DNA of 64,000 bases from Octopus sinensis (Eukaryota). Below the pieces are notes generated by a model. The model did no database searches and had not been told where the DNA came from. It was given only the letters and a program-made list of their open reading frames with translations. The translations under genes and the position numbers were made by a program. Where the stretch lies: contig NC_043001.1 of NCBI RefSeq assembly GCF_006345805.1, forward strand, positions 21,328,001-21,392,000. Reading direction: 5' to 3'. This document shows, in pieces, positions 1 to 11,859 of the stretch (position 1 is the first letter of the stretch; every line of letters begins with the position of its first letter).

Positions 1-227
1 TTTCGAATCTCCGCTACAACAGTTTAGCAATAACTGAAAGCAGTAGCATAGCTAGGTTGGGGGCGATCAAGCAGTCCTCCTCGGAAGACACTTTTATATA
101 TAGGAGCGGCATGTTTGGGTCTGCTGTATAAGGGAGTTTTGTTGCGGATGAAGCGGGAAATCCAAGGGCTGCCCCGGACGGCACACACTCTAGCTACACC
201 ACTAACTGAAACATACTTTTCCTGTAT

Positions 228-408
228 AGGCGTAGGAGTGGCTATGTGGTAGCTTGCTTACGAACCAATGGTTCCGGGTTCAGTCCCACTGCGTGCCACC
301 TTGGGCAAGTGTCTTCTAGTATAGCCTCGGGCCGACCAAAGCCTTGTGAGAGGATTTGTAGACGGAAACTGAAAGAAGTCCGCCGTATATATGTATGTAG
401 TATGTATT

Positions 409-466
<58 letters not shown>

Positions 467-722
467 GGTGTGTGTCTGTGTGTGTGTGTGTGTGTGTTCA
501 TGTATATGCTTGTGTGTCTGTGTTTGTCCCACCCAACATCGCTTGACAACCGATGGTAGTTTACGTTACTCCCCGTAACTTAGCGGTTCGGCAAAAGAGA
601 CCGATAGAATAAGTTCTAGGCTTACAAAGAATAAGTCCTGGGGTCGATTTGCTCGACTAAAGGCGGAGCTCCAGCATGGCCGCAGACAAATGACTGAAAC
701 AAGTAAAATAGAGTAAAAGAGA
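228..722 (+). mobile_element. tRNA-derived SINE with internal (TA)n/(TG)n microsatellite, representative copy
   Basis: Head ggcgtaggagtggct.tgtggta..ggttcagtccc, then ccttgggcaagtg, microsatellite, and tail ..gactgaaacaagtaaaagag. Near-identical copies near 2715-3150(-), 6898-7320(+), 15760-16575(-), 27910-28310(+), 29030-29670(+), 31915-32290(+), 52435-52830(-) and 63160-63360(-). Confidence 0.85.
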
Positions 723-864
723 GATTGCAGCTAATTAGCAAAAAACCTTCCTGAATGTTCCAGGGTTTTTATATGGATTCTCCACTAAATAGGCTCCCCA
801 TATAGTTGTCCCTGCATATTCAAATTAGTAGGCCGATCATGTTTTTGATGTTACAGTGATTTCT

Positions 865-1212
865 TTACTACCCACAAGGGGCTAAACACAGAGAAGACAA
901 ACAAGGACAGAACAACGGATTAAGTCGATTACATCGACCCCAGTGCGTAACTGGTACTTAATTTATCGACCCCGAAAGGATGAAAGGAAAAGTCGACCTC
1001 GCGGAATTTGAACTCAGAACGTAACGGCAGACGAAATACCTATTTCTATTTCTTTACTACCCACAAGGGGCTAAACACAGAGGGGACAAACAAGGACAGA
1101 CCAACGGATTAAGTCGATTACATCGACCCCAGTGCGTAACTGGTACTTAATTTATCGACCCCGAAAGGATGAAAGGTACAGTCGACCTCGGCGGAATTTG
1201 AACTCAGAACGT
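865..1212 (-). mobile_element. Nin/Deu-like SINE dimer
   Basis: Two units joined at the same ag|gtatttcgtc junction (about 1040). Other copies lie near 14860-15060, 32360-32520, 35270-35470, 37670-37850, 44140-44530, 46290-46520, 50290-50670 and 54280-54475. Confidence 0.8.
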
Positions 1213-1587
1213 ATATATTTATGATGTTACAGTGATTGGTAGTTTACTAACTAAACGACTGCTGCTGCCGCTGCCGCTGCTGCTGCTACACGTGATGTTT
1301 CTGTTTTCGGTTTCTGTCAGATGACTGAGTACATGCTTCTCCTTGTCACAATAACAAGTACATCTGATCTCTTCAATATATAAAATAAATAAAAAGCTGA
1401 CACAGACTCACTTCCTGTTGATCTCATTCTTCAATTGCATGATTGTTATTTACACTTAACACTGGTTGTGTTTTAGTTAGGGGGGAAAAGGGTGCAGTAT
1501 GGCCGAATGGCTAAAACGTTCGTTTCACAACTACGAAGACATATATATATGTCGGTTCGTTCCATCTCTTGTCCTCCCATTTTAATT

Positions 1588-1634
<47 letters not shown>

Positions 1635-1757
1635 GAAAAATACAAACTGGGACAAAACGTAAAAATTTAGAAGACGATACAAAAAAACACGGACGGGACA
1701 CTCGAAGCCTTCAATCTTCAGTCAAGAACCGGATCATCCTAGCAATTTCGGGATATG

Positions 1758-1846
<89 letters not shown>

Positions 1847-1883
1847 TATATATACTTTATTTAAAGCAGCAGAAAATTCAACA

Positions 1884-1928
1884 AAACCTGTTACTCTGAG
1901 TTTCCCGTTGCCGTTCATCAGACAGTTT
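1884..1928 (-). ncRNA. Minimal type I hammerhead-like motif
   Basis: CUGU / CUGAUGA / ACG-GCAA-CGG / GAAA / ACU-CAG-AGU / A / ACAG. Helices I and III pair, but the first pair of helix II is A.G instead of G-C. Confidence 0.5.
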
Positions 1929-2121
1929 ACTCCGGTATATATATATATATATATATACAAAATGAGAAAATGGAGAAATATATCTAAATCAATCATCAAC
2001 TATCAGATAATACCCAATCAATACTTTATTAAACCACTACACAATAGCAATGATATTATACATTAATATAGTACAAATATAACAAGACATAGAAATAGAA
2101 ATAGAAATACATTTACATTGT

Positions 2122-2234
2122 AGCTGACAGCTGTTTCGGCCGTGAAGACAGGTATGTCTCATTTAACATATTAGCCATATAAAGCAGGTATAAATGAGAC
2201 ATTAACAAGAATATCTCACGGCCTCTTCAGAGAT
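2122..2234 (-). ncRNA. Type I hammerhead ribozyme motif, Penelope-type
   Basis: CUGAAGA, then 8-bp helix II GGCCGUGA/UCACGGCC with a long structured loop, then GAAA, palindromic helix III ACAGCUGU and a GUC site. Helix I is short with one mismatch. Confidence 0.7.
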
Positions 2235-2928
2235 TTTAATGCAAGTATGAGTACAAATCCAAAAAAATTACATATAATATAAAATATGTGTGCATACACA
2301 CTCATATTCTTACATATATATATATACCACAATAATACAATATAAACAATATAGATTAATATACATCAACAAACACAATAATGTTCCATATTGAACTCCA
2401 CAGCTCCTCAACCAACATCAAGAAACCACAACAGATACACTCACACTAAAGCAGGCATATAATTAAACAGTCCAATATATTAAAATGTGTCATTCACAAA
2501 AGTCAATAAAATTAATATCACCACGACGACGGTACCATCCATGCAAGCGGACATCCGCATTATATACGTAATCAGTCGAATTCCTCTGCCCGCATGGTAT
2601 TAATTTTCACAGATGGATTCGGTTGGCCTATACTTTTAAATTTGAATTACAAATTATGATGGTACCGTACCGCATGGTCTTCACGTCTGCTCTCTCTCTC
2701 GCTTTCCTATATATATATATTCACTCTTTACTCCTTTACCCTTTTACTTGTTTCAATCATTTGACTGTGGCCATGCTTTTAGTCGAGCAAATCGATCCCA
2801 GGACTTATTCTTTGTAAGCCTACAACTTATTGTATCGGTTTCTTTTGCCGAATCGCTAAGTTACGGTGACATAAACACACCAGCATCGGTTCTCAAGTGA
2901 TGTTGGGGGGACAAACACAGACACACAA

Positions 2929-2995
<67 letters not shown>

Positions 2996-3497
2996 CGACG
3001 GGCTTCTTTCAGTTTCCGTCTACCAAATCCACTCACAAGGCTTTGGTCGGCCCGAGGCGATAGTAGAAGACACTTGCCCAAGGTGCCACGCTGTGGGACT
3101 GAACGCAGAACCAGGTGGTTGGGAAGCCAATTTCTTACCACGCAGTCACACCTGTGCCATGTTACAGAAAATCAAGGAGAATATTGCTCCTGTCACCCCT
3201 CCCCGCCTAAACAATGATCTTTTGTGCTAATCACTGATTCAAGAACTTCTGAAGCCTTTGGAGAAGAAATGTGACAGATCATAAAGATACACCCAAGTTT
3301 CATTCCCTGCCACCAAACCGAGAAGTGGAGGAAAGGTCATCGTTGGTTTTAAACGCTTTCAGTAAACCAGAGCAGTAAATCATCCTTCTGTTTGGAGTTC
3401 ATTATTTGCTTTGTATGAACAGAAAGAATACTTATTGTAGAGGCACGTTTAGTCCATCGGCACGTTGTTTCTGTAATTCCTTAAAACAAAACTCCAC

Positions 3498-3834
3498 CCA
3501 TCTAACACCCGTGGACATATTTACAAAGTCAGAAAACAGCACAGCTCCCATGACTTCAGGAAACATTTTTTCACGCTGAGAGTTGCTGAAGCATGGAACA
3601 AACTGCCGGCATCAGTTGTCAGTTGTCGGAGCACTGCATCCTTCAAAACTTCCATGCTTTCTGAGATTCACCAACACTACACTTGATTTTCTCTCCTCCA
3701 TACACACACAAGCATGTATCTGACTCATACATTGTTCGCTTTCCAGACATTTCTACATTACTGCATGTACTTTATATGCACTTTCTGACAAGTTATGGTG
3801 CACCTGAGCACTGTATACAATAATTTCATTATTA
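3498..3834 (+). mobile_element. CR1-clade LINE 3' end
   Basis: TRGHIYKVRKQHSSHDFRKHFFTLRVAEAWNKLPASVVSCRSTASFK...* is a typical CR1 ORF2 C-terminus; followed by an (ATT)n tail. Confidence 0.8.
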
Positions 3835-3844
3835 TATATAAAAG

Positions 3845-5210
3845 CTGGGGCTGCTTATTCCATCGGAAAAGTTTTCGGCTGGTCAAGCAGTCATTTATGC
3901 ATCGCTTCCTGCACTTCTTCGCCTGGTAGCAAATTGGTGACCCCGGAAAGGATGTTTGAGCGGCCCAAAGAGGATATTGACGTAAGGGGCGAGATCTGGA
4001 CTGTATGCAGGGTGTTCCAGCAACCCGAAACTCAATTTTTCAATGATTTTAATGCTGTGGGCGTGCATTGTCGTGTAACAATAACATTTACTTTGACGAT
4101 AGACCTTGGCGTTTAGTGTGAATTGATGGTTTCATTTTGTTGGCCAGTATTTCAGTATAGCCTACACTGGTGACTGTAGACCCCTTTACCAGGTAATGTT
4201 CCAGTATAGGACCTTTTGCGTCCCCAAAAGCAGTTAGCATCACTTTCTGCGGAAGGTTGAATCTTGAATTTCTGTTTTATTAACGATTCCGGGTGTTTCC
4301 TTTCCATACACTGCCTTTTGGATTCTAGCTCCATGTGATGGACCCAGATCTCATGACCTGTGACTATTCTCTCCCAAAAAAGCTTCACCTTCATCGTTGT
4401 ATCGGTCGAATAAGCATTGACAGATCTCCACACGATTGCGTTTAAGCGCTTCGGTAAACTCTTTTGGCACCCATCTTGCACAGACTTTATGGAAGCGATG
4501 CTTGTCGTAGACAATTTCGTATGTAGAATCATGACTAATTTGCAGAGAACATTCTACCTCATCGATGGCGGTCACTGGTCGGTTCGTCAGAACCATCTGT
4601 CGAGCTTGTTGAATTTTCCTCAGTGGTGGAAGTTGATGGAGGTCCTGCTCTTGCTTCGCGCGTGTCCGGCCATTTTAAAAGTTCTCGATCCACTCGTAAA
4701 CACTTATACCTATTTCTTTACTACCCACAAGGGGCTAAACACAGAGAGGACAAACAAGGACAGACAAACGGATTAAGTCGATTACCAGTGCGTAACTGGT
4801 ACTTAAGTTATCGACCCCGAAAGGATAAAAGGCAAAGTCGACCTCGACGGAATTTGAACTCACAACGTAATGACAGACGAAATACTGTTAAGTATTTCGC
4901 CCGGCGTGCTAACGTTTCTGCCAGCTCGCCGCCTTATACCTCGTAGTGTACTGTTCTTGCATTGTACTGAAAGCTTGCTATGAATTTCAGCCCCTGGCAT
5001 ATCTTCAACCCATAGAAATCGGATCATTGATCTCTGTTCTTCCTTGGTGCACACTATCAGCGGAGTGGTCATATTTACTCTGTAACACAAGAAAGAAAAC
5101 TGGAATGACCAAGGTCAAATTTCCGTTTCGTAATCACAAGAGTACCACGTCTTAGTACGCGAACGCTGAAGACAGTGCAGTTAACCCAAAGAAAGTTTTA
5201 GCGGAAGTGC
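3845..5210 (-). mobile_element. Decayed mariner (Tc1/mariner) transposon, interrupted by a SINE
   Basis: Fragmented minus-strand ORFs give CTKEEQRSMIRFLW, KVCARWVPKEFT, IVTGHEIWVHH and QKFKIQPSA, which are mariner HTH, WVPxEL and DD34D-region motifs. Frameshifted; boundaries approximate. Confidence 0.85.
4705..4933 (-). mobile_element. Nin/Deu-domain-like tRNA SINE inserted in the mariner
   Basis: Core gcctttcatcctttcggggtcgataa..aagtaccag (variant). TTATA is duplicated on both sides, and removing the SINE restores mariner continuity. Confidence 0.8.
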
Positions 5211-5237
5211 GCATATTTGTTTTATTTCCTCTTGTGT

Positions 5238-5268
<31 letters not shown>

Positions 5269-5270
5269 CC

Positions 5271-5302
<32 letters not shown>

Positions 5303-5605
5303 TGTATGTATGTATGTATGTATTATGTATGTATGTATGTATGTATGTATGTGTATGTATGTACATACGAATATATATATATATATATATATAAATATAT
5401 GTATATATATATATATGTATATATATATCAGGCGTGGCTGTGTGGTAAGTAGCTTGCTTCCCAACCACATGATTCTGGGTTCAGTCCCACTGCGTGACAC
5501 CTTTGGCAAGTATCTTCCACTGTAGCCTTGGGCCGACTAAAGCCTTGTGAGTGGATTTGGTAGACGGAAACTGAAAGAAGCCCGTCGTATATATATATGT
5601 GTATG

Positions 5606-5673
<68 letters not shown>

Positions 5674-5948
5674 AAATAAACTTCTACCGTTACAAATTGG
5701 TGGTCCCGACGTTGCACCATAACAGGCATTGATTACAATTAGTGACTCAACCGTTACAAAAATAATTCTCAGTCCTTACAACTGGTGACCCCGAGCGAAA
5801 GAATTGCTGCCTTCTGAAGCTACATTACCAATACACACACACTTACAAAGAATAAGTCCTGGGATCAATTTGTCCGACTGAATGCGGTGCTCCAGCATGA
5901 CCGGAGTCAAATGACTGAAACAAGTAAATAAAAAAGAATATATATATA

Positions 5949-6228
5949 GTGACGTATATTTGCCATTCGAATATGGCTAACCCCTAAGGGTGGATGCTAC
6001 TGTAGTTTGTAGCCCCAGGAGGACACCTCCTCCAGCTGGCTATAGACACACTTTCTGTGACCTATCGGTATTTGCAAAGGGAAGCCATCCTTCCCGTCTT
6101 CAACTTATGATACACACGGACTCGAGTTTCAGGGTATTGACCCGTCATCGGCGTGTGACAATCATAGCTGTCGACGAGAAGTAAGGTTCCCTTCACAAAT
6201 ACATATACTTTTTCCAGTATCGATTGAC
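5949..6228 (+). repeat. One-armed relative of the 43.5-kb palindrome
   Basis: Same left arm and loop, but only a short diverged right arm before (CA)n. Confidence 0.8.
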
Positions 6229-6233
6229 ACACA

Positions 6234-6300
<67 letters not shown>

Positions 6301-6565
6301 ATATATATATGTATATATGCATGTATGCGTACGGCGTCCACACAGTTTCCATCGACCGAATTCACTCACAAGGCATTGGTTGGCTCGGGTCCTTTGTAGG
6401 TGTCGCACAGTGGTTCAGTCCCAAGGTGCTGTGCAGTGAGATTGAACCCGAAATCAGGTGGTTGCAAAGTGAGGATAGCTAATTAAAAAAAAAAAAGTTG
6501 TCCGCTTTTGAATTACTTTCGGTTCAATACTCGTATACAACGCTCACTTGCACACACATACGCAA

Positions 6566-6624
<59 letters not shown>

Positions 6625-7477
6625 TTGATACAGAGAGAGGGGGGGAGGCGGAGGGAGGGAGAGATTCATGTAGCTACATGACAGGATGAGGAAGGTGGTA
6701 AAGGATGATGATTCAGCAAAGAGGTGCGGTGAGGAAGTTGAAGGTCGCGAAATAGAAAAAATGACAATAAGAGGAAATTTATTTTGACTAAATAAAAATA
6801 AAGGAATTAATTATTTGATGGGAAAAGGAACAAAATAAATATCAAATAATTCAACAGGGTGCTGGTAGTTAGGTAACTTCGAGGGGGAAAAGGGAACAAG
6901 GCGTAGGAGTGGCTGTGTGGTAAGTAGCTTGCTAACCAACCACATGGTTCCGGGTTCAGTCCCACTGCGTGGCATCTTGGGCAAGTGTCTTCTGCTATAG
7001 CCCCGGGCCGACCAATGCCTTGTGAGTGGATTTGGTAGACGGAAACTGAAAGAAGCCTGTCGTATATATGTATATATATATATATATGTGTATGTATGTA
7101 TGTATGTTTGTGTGTCTGTGTTTGTCCCCCTAGCATCGCTTGACAACCGATGCTGGTGTGTTTACGTCCCCGTCACTTAGCGGTTCGGCAAAAAGAGACC
7201 GATAGAATAAGTACTGGGCTTACAAAGAATAAGTCCGGGGTCGATTTGCTCGACTAAAGGCGGTGCTCCAGCATGGCCGCAGTCAAATGACTGAAACAAG
7301 TAAAAGAGTAAAAGAGTAAAGTGTGTTAGGAAAGGAGGAAGGAAAACAATGAGAGGAGGGTGAACGAGGAAGATGGTTAACAGAGAAATAACGAAGGGAA
7401 GGAGTGTCGCTTAAATTGAAAGTACACACGAACGCGCGCAATACACATGCACGTGAAAATATATGGGGGTAAAGGAA

Positions 7478-8400
7478 GGCGGCGAGCTGGCAGAGACGTT
7501 AGCACGCCGGGCGAAATGTGTAGCCGTATTTCGTCTGCCGTTACGTTCTGAGTTCAAATTCCGCCGAGGTCGACTTTGCCTTTCATCCTTACGGGGTCGA
7601 TAAATTAAGTACTAGTTACGCTCTGGGGTCGATGTAATCGACTTAATCCGTTTGTCTGTCCTTGTTTTTATCTCCTTTGTGTTTAGCCCCTTGGGGGTAG
7701 TAAAGAAATAGGTATTTCGTCTGCCGCTGCGTTCTGAGTTCAAATTCCGCCAAGGTCGACTTTGCCTTTCATCCTTTCGGGGTCGATAAATTAAGTAATC
7801 GACTTAATCCGTTTGTCTGTCCTTGGTTGTCCCCTCTGTGTTTAGCCCCTTGTGGGTAGTAAAGAAATAGGTATTTCGTCTGCCGCTGCGTTCTGAGTTC
7901 AAATTCCGCCAAGGTCGACTTTGCCTTTCATCCTTTCGGGGTCGATAAATTAAGTAATCGACTTAATCCGTGTTTCTGTCCTTGGTTGACCCCTCTGTGT
8001 TAAGCCCCTTGTGGGTAGTAAAGAAATAGGTATTTCGTATGCCGCTACGTTCTGGGTTCAAATTCCGCCGAGGTCGATTTTGCCTTTCATCCTTTCGGAG
8101 TCGATAAATTAAGTACTAGTTACGCTCTGGGGTCAATATAATCGACTTAATCCGTGTGTCTGTCCTTGGTTGTCCCCTCTGTGTTTAGCCCTTTATGGGT
8201 AGTAAAGAAATAGGTATTTCGTCTGCCGCTACGTTCTGAGTTGACTTTGCCTTTCATCCTTTTGGGGTCGATAAATTAAGTACCAGTTAGCACTGGGGTC
8301 GATGTAATCGACTTAATCCGTGTGTCTGTCCCCTCTGTGTTTAGTAAAAGAAATAGGTATTTCGTTTGTCTTTACGTTCTGAGTTCAAATTCCGCAGAGG
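7478..8400 (+). mobile_element. Head-to-tail array of about 6 Nin/Deu-like SINE units
   Basis: One full head at about 7480, followed by five junctions reading aaagaaatag|gtatttcg at about 7711, 7870, 8029, 8213 and 8356. Confidence 0.85.
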
Positions 8401-9844
8401 TCGACTTTCAGTTTCTATCTACCAAATCCGCTCACAAGGCTTTTGGTCAGCACAAAGCTGTAGTAGAAGACACATGCCAAAAGTACCATGCAGTGGGACT
8501 GAACTCGGAACCATGTGCCTGGGAAGCATTCATCTTACCACACAGCCACTCCCAGATGTTAAATGATAATGATGCAGATATATTTGACATATTAATTTGA
8601 ATGCTAAATGGTTAAACTGTTGTGGTTCCTGAACTACAGGAAAGACATAAGCGGAGCAGAGATCCTAGAGAAGCGTTGTTGGGGGGACAAACACAGACAC
8701 ACAAACATATACATATATACGATGGGCTTCCTTCAGTTTCCGTCTACCAAATCCACTCATAAGGTTTTGGTCGGCCCGAGGCTATATTAGAAGACACTTG
8801 CCCAAGGTGCCACACAGTAGGACTGAACCTGGAACCATGTGGTTTGTAAGCAAGCTACTTACCACACAGCCACTCTCACGCCTATACTTACCACATAGCC
8901 ACTTCCAAACGTTAAATTAATTTATCAGGTATATCTGATAAATTAATCTGAATGCTAAATGGTTAAACTACATTCTGAGCTCAAATTCTGCGGAGGTTGA
9001 CTTTCAGTTTCCATCTACCAAATCCACTCACAAGGCTTTTGGTCAGCATAAAGCTGTAGTAGAAGACACATGCCAAAAGTACCATGCAGTGGGACTGAAC
9101 GGAAACTGAAGGAAGCCTGTCGTATATAGGTATGTGTGTGTATGTATATGTTTGTGTGTCTGTGTTTGTCCCCCAACAACGCTTCTCTAGGATCTCTGCT
9201 CCGCTTGTCTTTCCTGTAGTTCATGAACTACAATAGTTTAACCATTTAGCATTCGGATTAATTTTATGCGGAATCAACCCCAGTGCTTTCTAGTGCATCA
9301 AGCAATTATTTAGAGGCCTCTCTCTATGGATTGTGGACGCCGCCGCCACCACCACCACCATTTAATGACTGTTTTCCATGCAGGCACAGGTTGGATGGTT
9401 TGACAGGAGCTGCACCAGGTTTCACTGTCTGTTTGGCCCGCTTTCTAAAGCTGGATGCCCTTCCTAATACCAGCCACTTTACAGAGTGTACTGGGTGTTT
9501 TTTTTTTACATGGCACTAGCATCAGGAGTAATTGTAGAAGGCATAAGTGAGTTAGTTTAGGAATGCAGGAAAGTAGTTAAGGATAGGTTTACAAGAGCTT
9601 GATTTAGTCCTGGAAAATTTTAGAGTCAGAGGAAAGTTACAAAGGAAATGCTCAATGCGAACACGAAAGTATTTTTCTCATTGTTTTCTTATCACTTGAC
9701 ATCTTTTTAGTTCTAATTTTCTATTGTGATTCTGAAATGGGGTCCATATAAGATTTTGCTGTTATCTGCAACAGATTGATTATACATCTACAATGCACAA
9801 AAATTTTTAACAATTCTTTTTACACAATTTCTAATAATATTTAA

Positions 9845-10425
9845 ACCTGGGACGAGGTGGTGAAGCATGACCTTCGAACTTTAGGTCTTTCCGAGAAAAT
9901 GACTAGAGACCGAGACCTTTGGAAGTATGCTGTGCGTGAGAAGACCCGGCAGGACAAGTGAGACCATAACCCGTGGCCTCTACCTGGGATGTAGCTGGTC
10001 CACTTATGCATACCTTTCCTTCTTGGGACACAAAACTCTACTTGTGAAGACCTGTTGAGGCAAGTGAAAATCGAAATCGATCAACATCAATGGAAATTGC
10101 AGCTGAGATACCAGTGCCGGTGGTACGTAAAAAGCACCATCCGAACGTGGCCGTTACCAGCGCTGCCCCGACTGGCCTTGTGCTGGTGGCACGTAAAAAG
10201 CACCATCCGATCGTGGCCGTTTGCCAGCCTCGTCTGGCACATAAAAAGCACCCACTGCACTCATGGAGTGGTTGGCGTTAGGAAGGGCATCCAGCCGTAG
10301 AAACATTGCCAGATCAGACTGGACCTGGTGCAGCCTTCTGGCTTCCCAGACCCCAGTTGAACCGTCCAACCCATGCTAGCATGGAAAGCAGACGCTAAAC
10401 GATGATGATGATGATGATGATGATA
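9845..10425 (+). mobile_element. RTE 3' end plus 3' UTR repeat
   Basis: acctgggacgaggtggtgaagcatgaccttcg..gagaagacccggcaggacaagtgag matches the ORF end of the 21-22 kb copy and continues into the short repeat and (GAT)n tail. Confidence 0.8.
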
Positions 10426-10614
10426 GGAATATAAAAGGATTTTTTAAAACATTGAATGGCTATGAGGATCCACCTGAATAAAACAGGAATCAAAGACAGT
10501 CTATAGGTAAGAAAAAAATGGTTGAGAAACTGAAATAAAAGAAATCTTTCCACCTCAACTGTCATTGGGTCAACTAAGAATTGAAACTGAATCTTGGCCT
10601 TTACTGAACTGACG

Positions 10615-11647
10615 TTTATTTCTTACTCTATATTAGCTCACAAGGCACAACTTAAAATATTAAAAACAGAGAAAAGAAAAGGCAAAATTATATAAATTTA
10701 AATACACATTTTATTTCAGACAGATAATACAAATACCAGAATGTTGATAGAATTTAAATAAACAAAAAAAAAAATGTAATTTAAAAAAAATTTTTTACCT
10801 TTTTTGTTTTTTGGTCAAGAACAAAGCCATAAAAACCAATTCTGGTATATAATTTGTTTACAAAAATTCATATCTGGCATATTTTTCTTCCCAATATAAG
10901 ATAGTATCTAACACAAAATTGACAAAGAGGCAGTCAAATTTGCTAGCAATGAATTTTTAGAACCCACAGAAAAACACAAATGTTTTTCACTCAAGGTGCT
11001 TAGTGGTATTTCTCTCCTTCAACCCTAGGCTTTGACCATTAGAGATATGAATGTATTCCAAAGAATTAACTGTATGTAATAGAGGAGCAAAAGAGCAACA
11101 CTAATTTGGATGTTTCTTAACGAGAGACTGACCTTAGCTGAACCTGCATCAGACAGAGACCTTATTTCTGTCTCATGCATGAGTCTGTGCATACATATGA
11201 AGAATATACGTGTGCACATTTCTTCATTAATTCTTTCCTATGCTTGACGAATCGTAGAACTTTAAACGGACAAAAAACAAACAAAACACAGGCAGTTAAC
11301 ACCAATATACATGAATCAACAGACAAAGACACGGACTAAAAAAAGATAAATATTATCTTATTTTTCTTATTCTTTAATCTCAAATTTCCTTCTATTTATG
11401 AAATAAATCAGATCTCAAAATGGTACATTTTACTAGCCAGGGTAAACCATCTCGTGTCACTAATGTAGCAGTATAAGAGGGACAAGTGTAATGTTGATCC
11501 AAGCTCCTACAAGTGAGACAGAGACAGAAAGAGCTAGAAGTAGAAAGAAAGAAACTGGTGGTTTGCTTAGTCAAGGAAAATATCTTCCAAAACTGCAGAA
11601 AATTGCAACTAATCTTTCCAATATACTTGGAAATAAAGGTTACACCT
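10615..11647 (-). other. TADA3: TADA3 3' UTR with candidate AATAAA signals at 10710-10715 and 10615-10620
   Basis: Unique, U-rich (minus strand) sequence after the stop codon. The + strand reads tttatt at both positions. Confidence 0.45.
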
Positions 11648-11776
11648 TCAACCATCAAGTTGCTTCAGGATATCCTCCCTGTCGTGCAAAATTTTCCAAA
11701 CTGCATCCTTCTCCTTCTTGGTTGGTTGTCTCTTTTTTTGCCGTGCACTTTGAACTTTACGATAGGCTTCAAGTAA
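11648..11776 (-). CDS. TADA3: TADA3 coding exon 9, terminal (LLEAYRKVQSARQKKRQPTKKEKDAVWKILHDREDILKQLDG*)
   Basis: Matches the TADA3 C-terminus ARQKKR.PTKKEKD..WK.L..RE.ILK.LDG*. Acceptor ttatttcag; TGA at 11650-11648. Confidence 0.96.
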   Translation of the reverse strand, partial: LLEAYRKVQSARQKKRQPTKKEKDAVWKILHDREDILKQLDG

Positions 11777-11859
11777 CTGAAATAAATAAGAAATGATATT
11801 TTAGCATCCATTCAGAAAATGTTAGTCCAATAATTCAGTAACAGCGACTGATTTATCCT

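Noticed and set aside
1-227. GC-balanced sequence at the window start
   Set aside because: No sustained ORF, splice pattern or recognisable repeat end, and it is truncated by the window edge.
5690-5810. tggtggtcccgac / tggtgaccccgag words resembling Gypsy primer-binding sites
   Set aside because: No LTR pair or gag/pol remnants are recognisable nearby.
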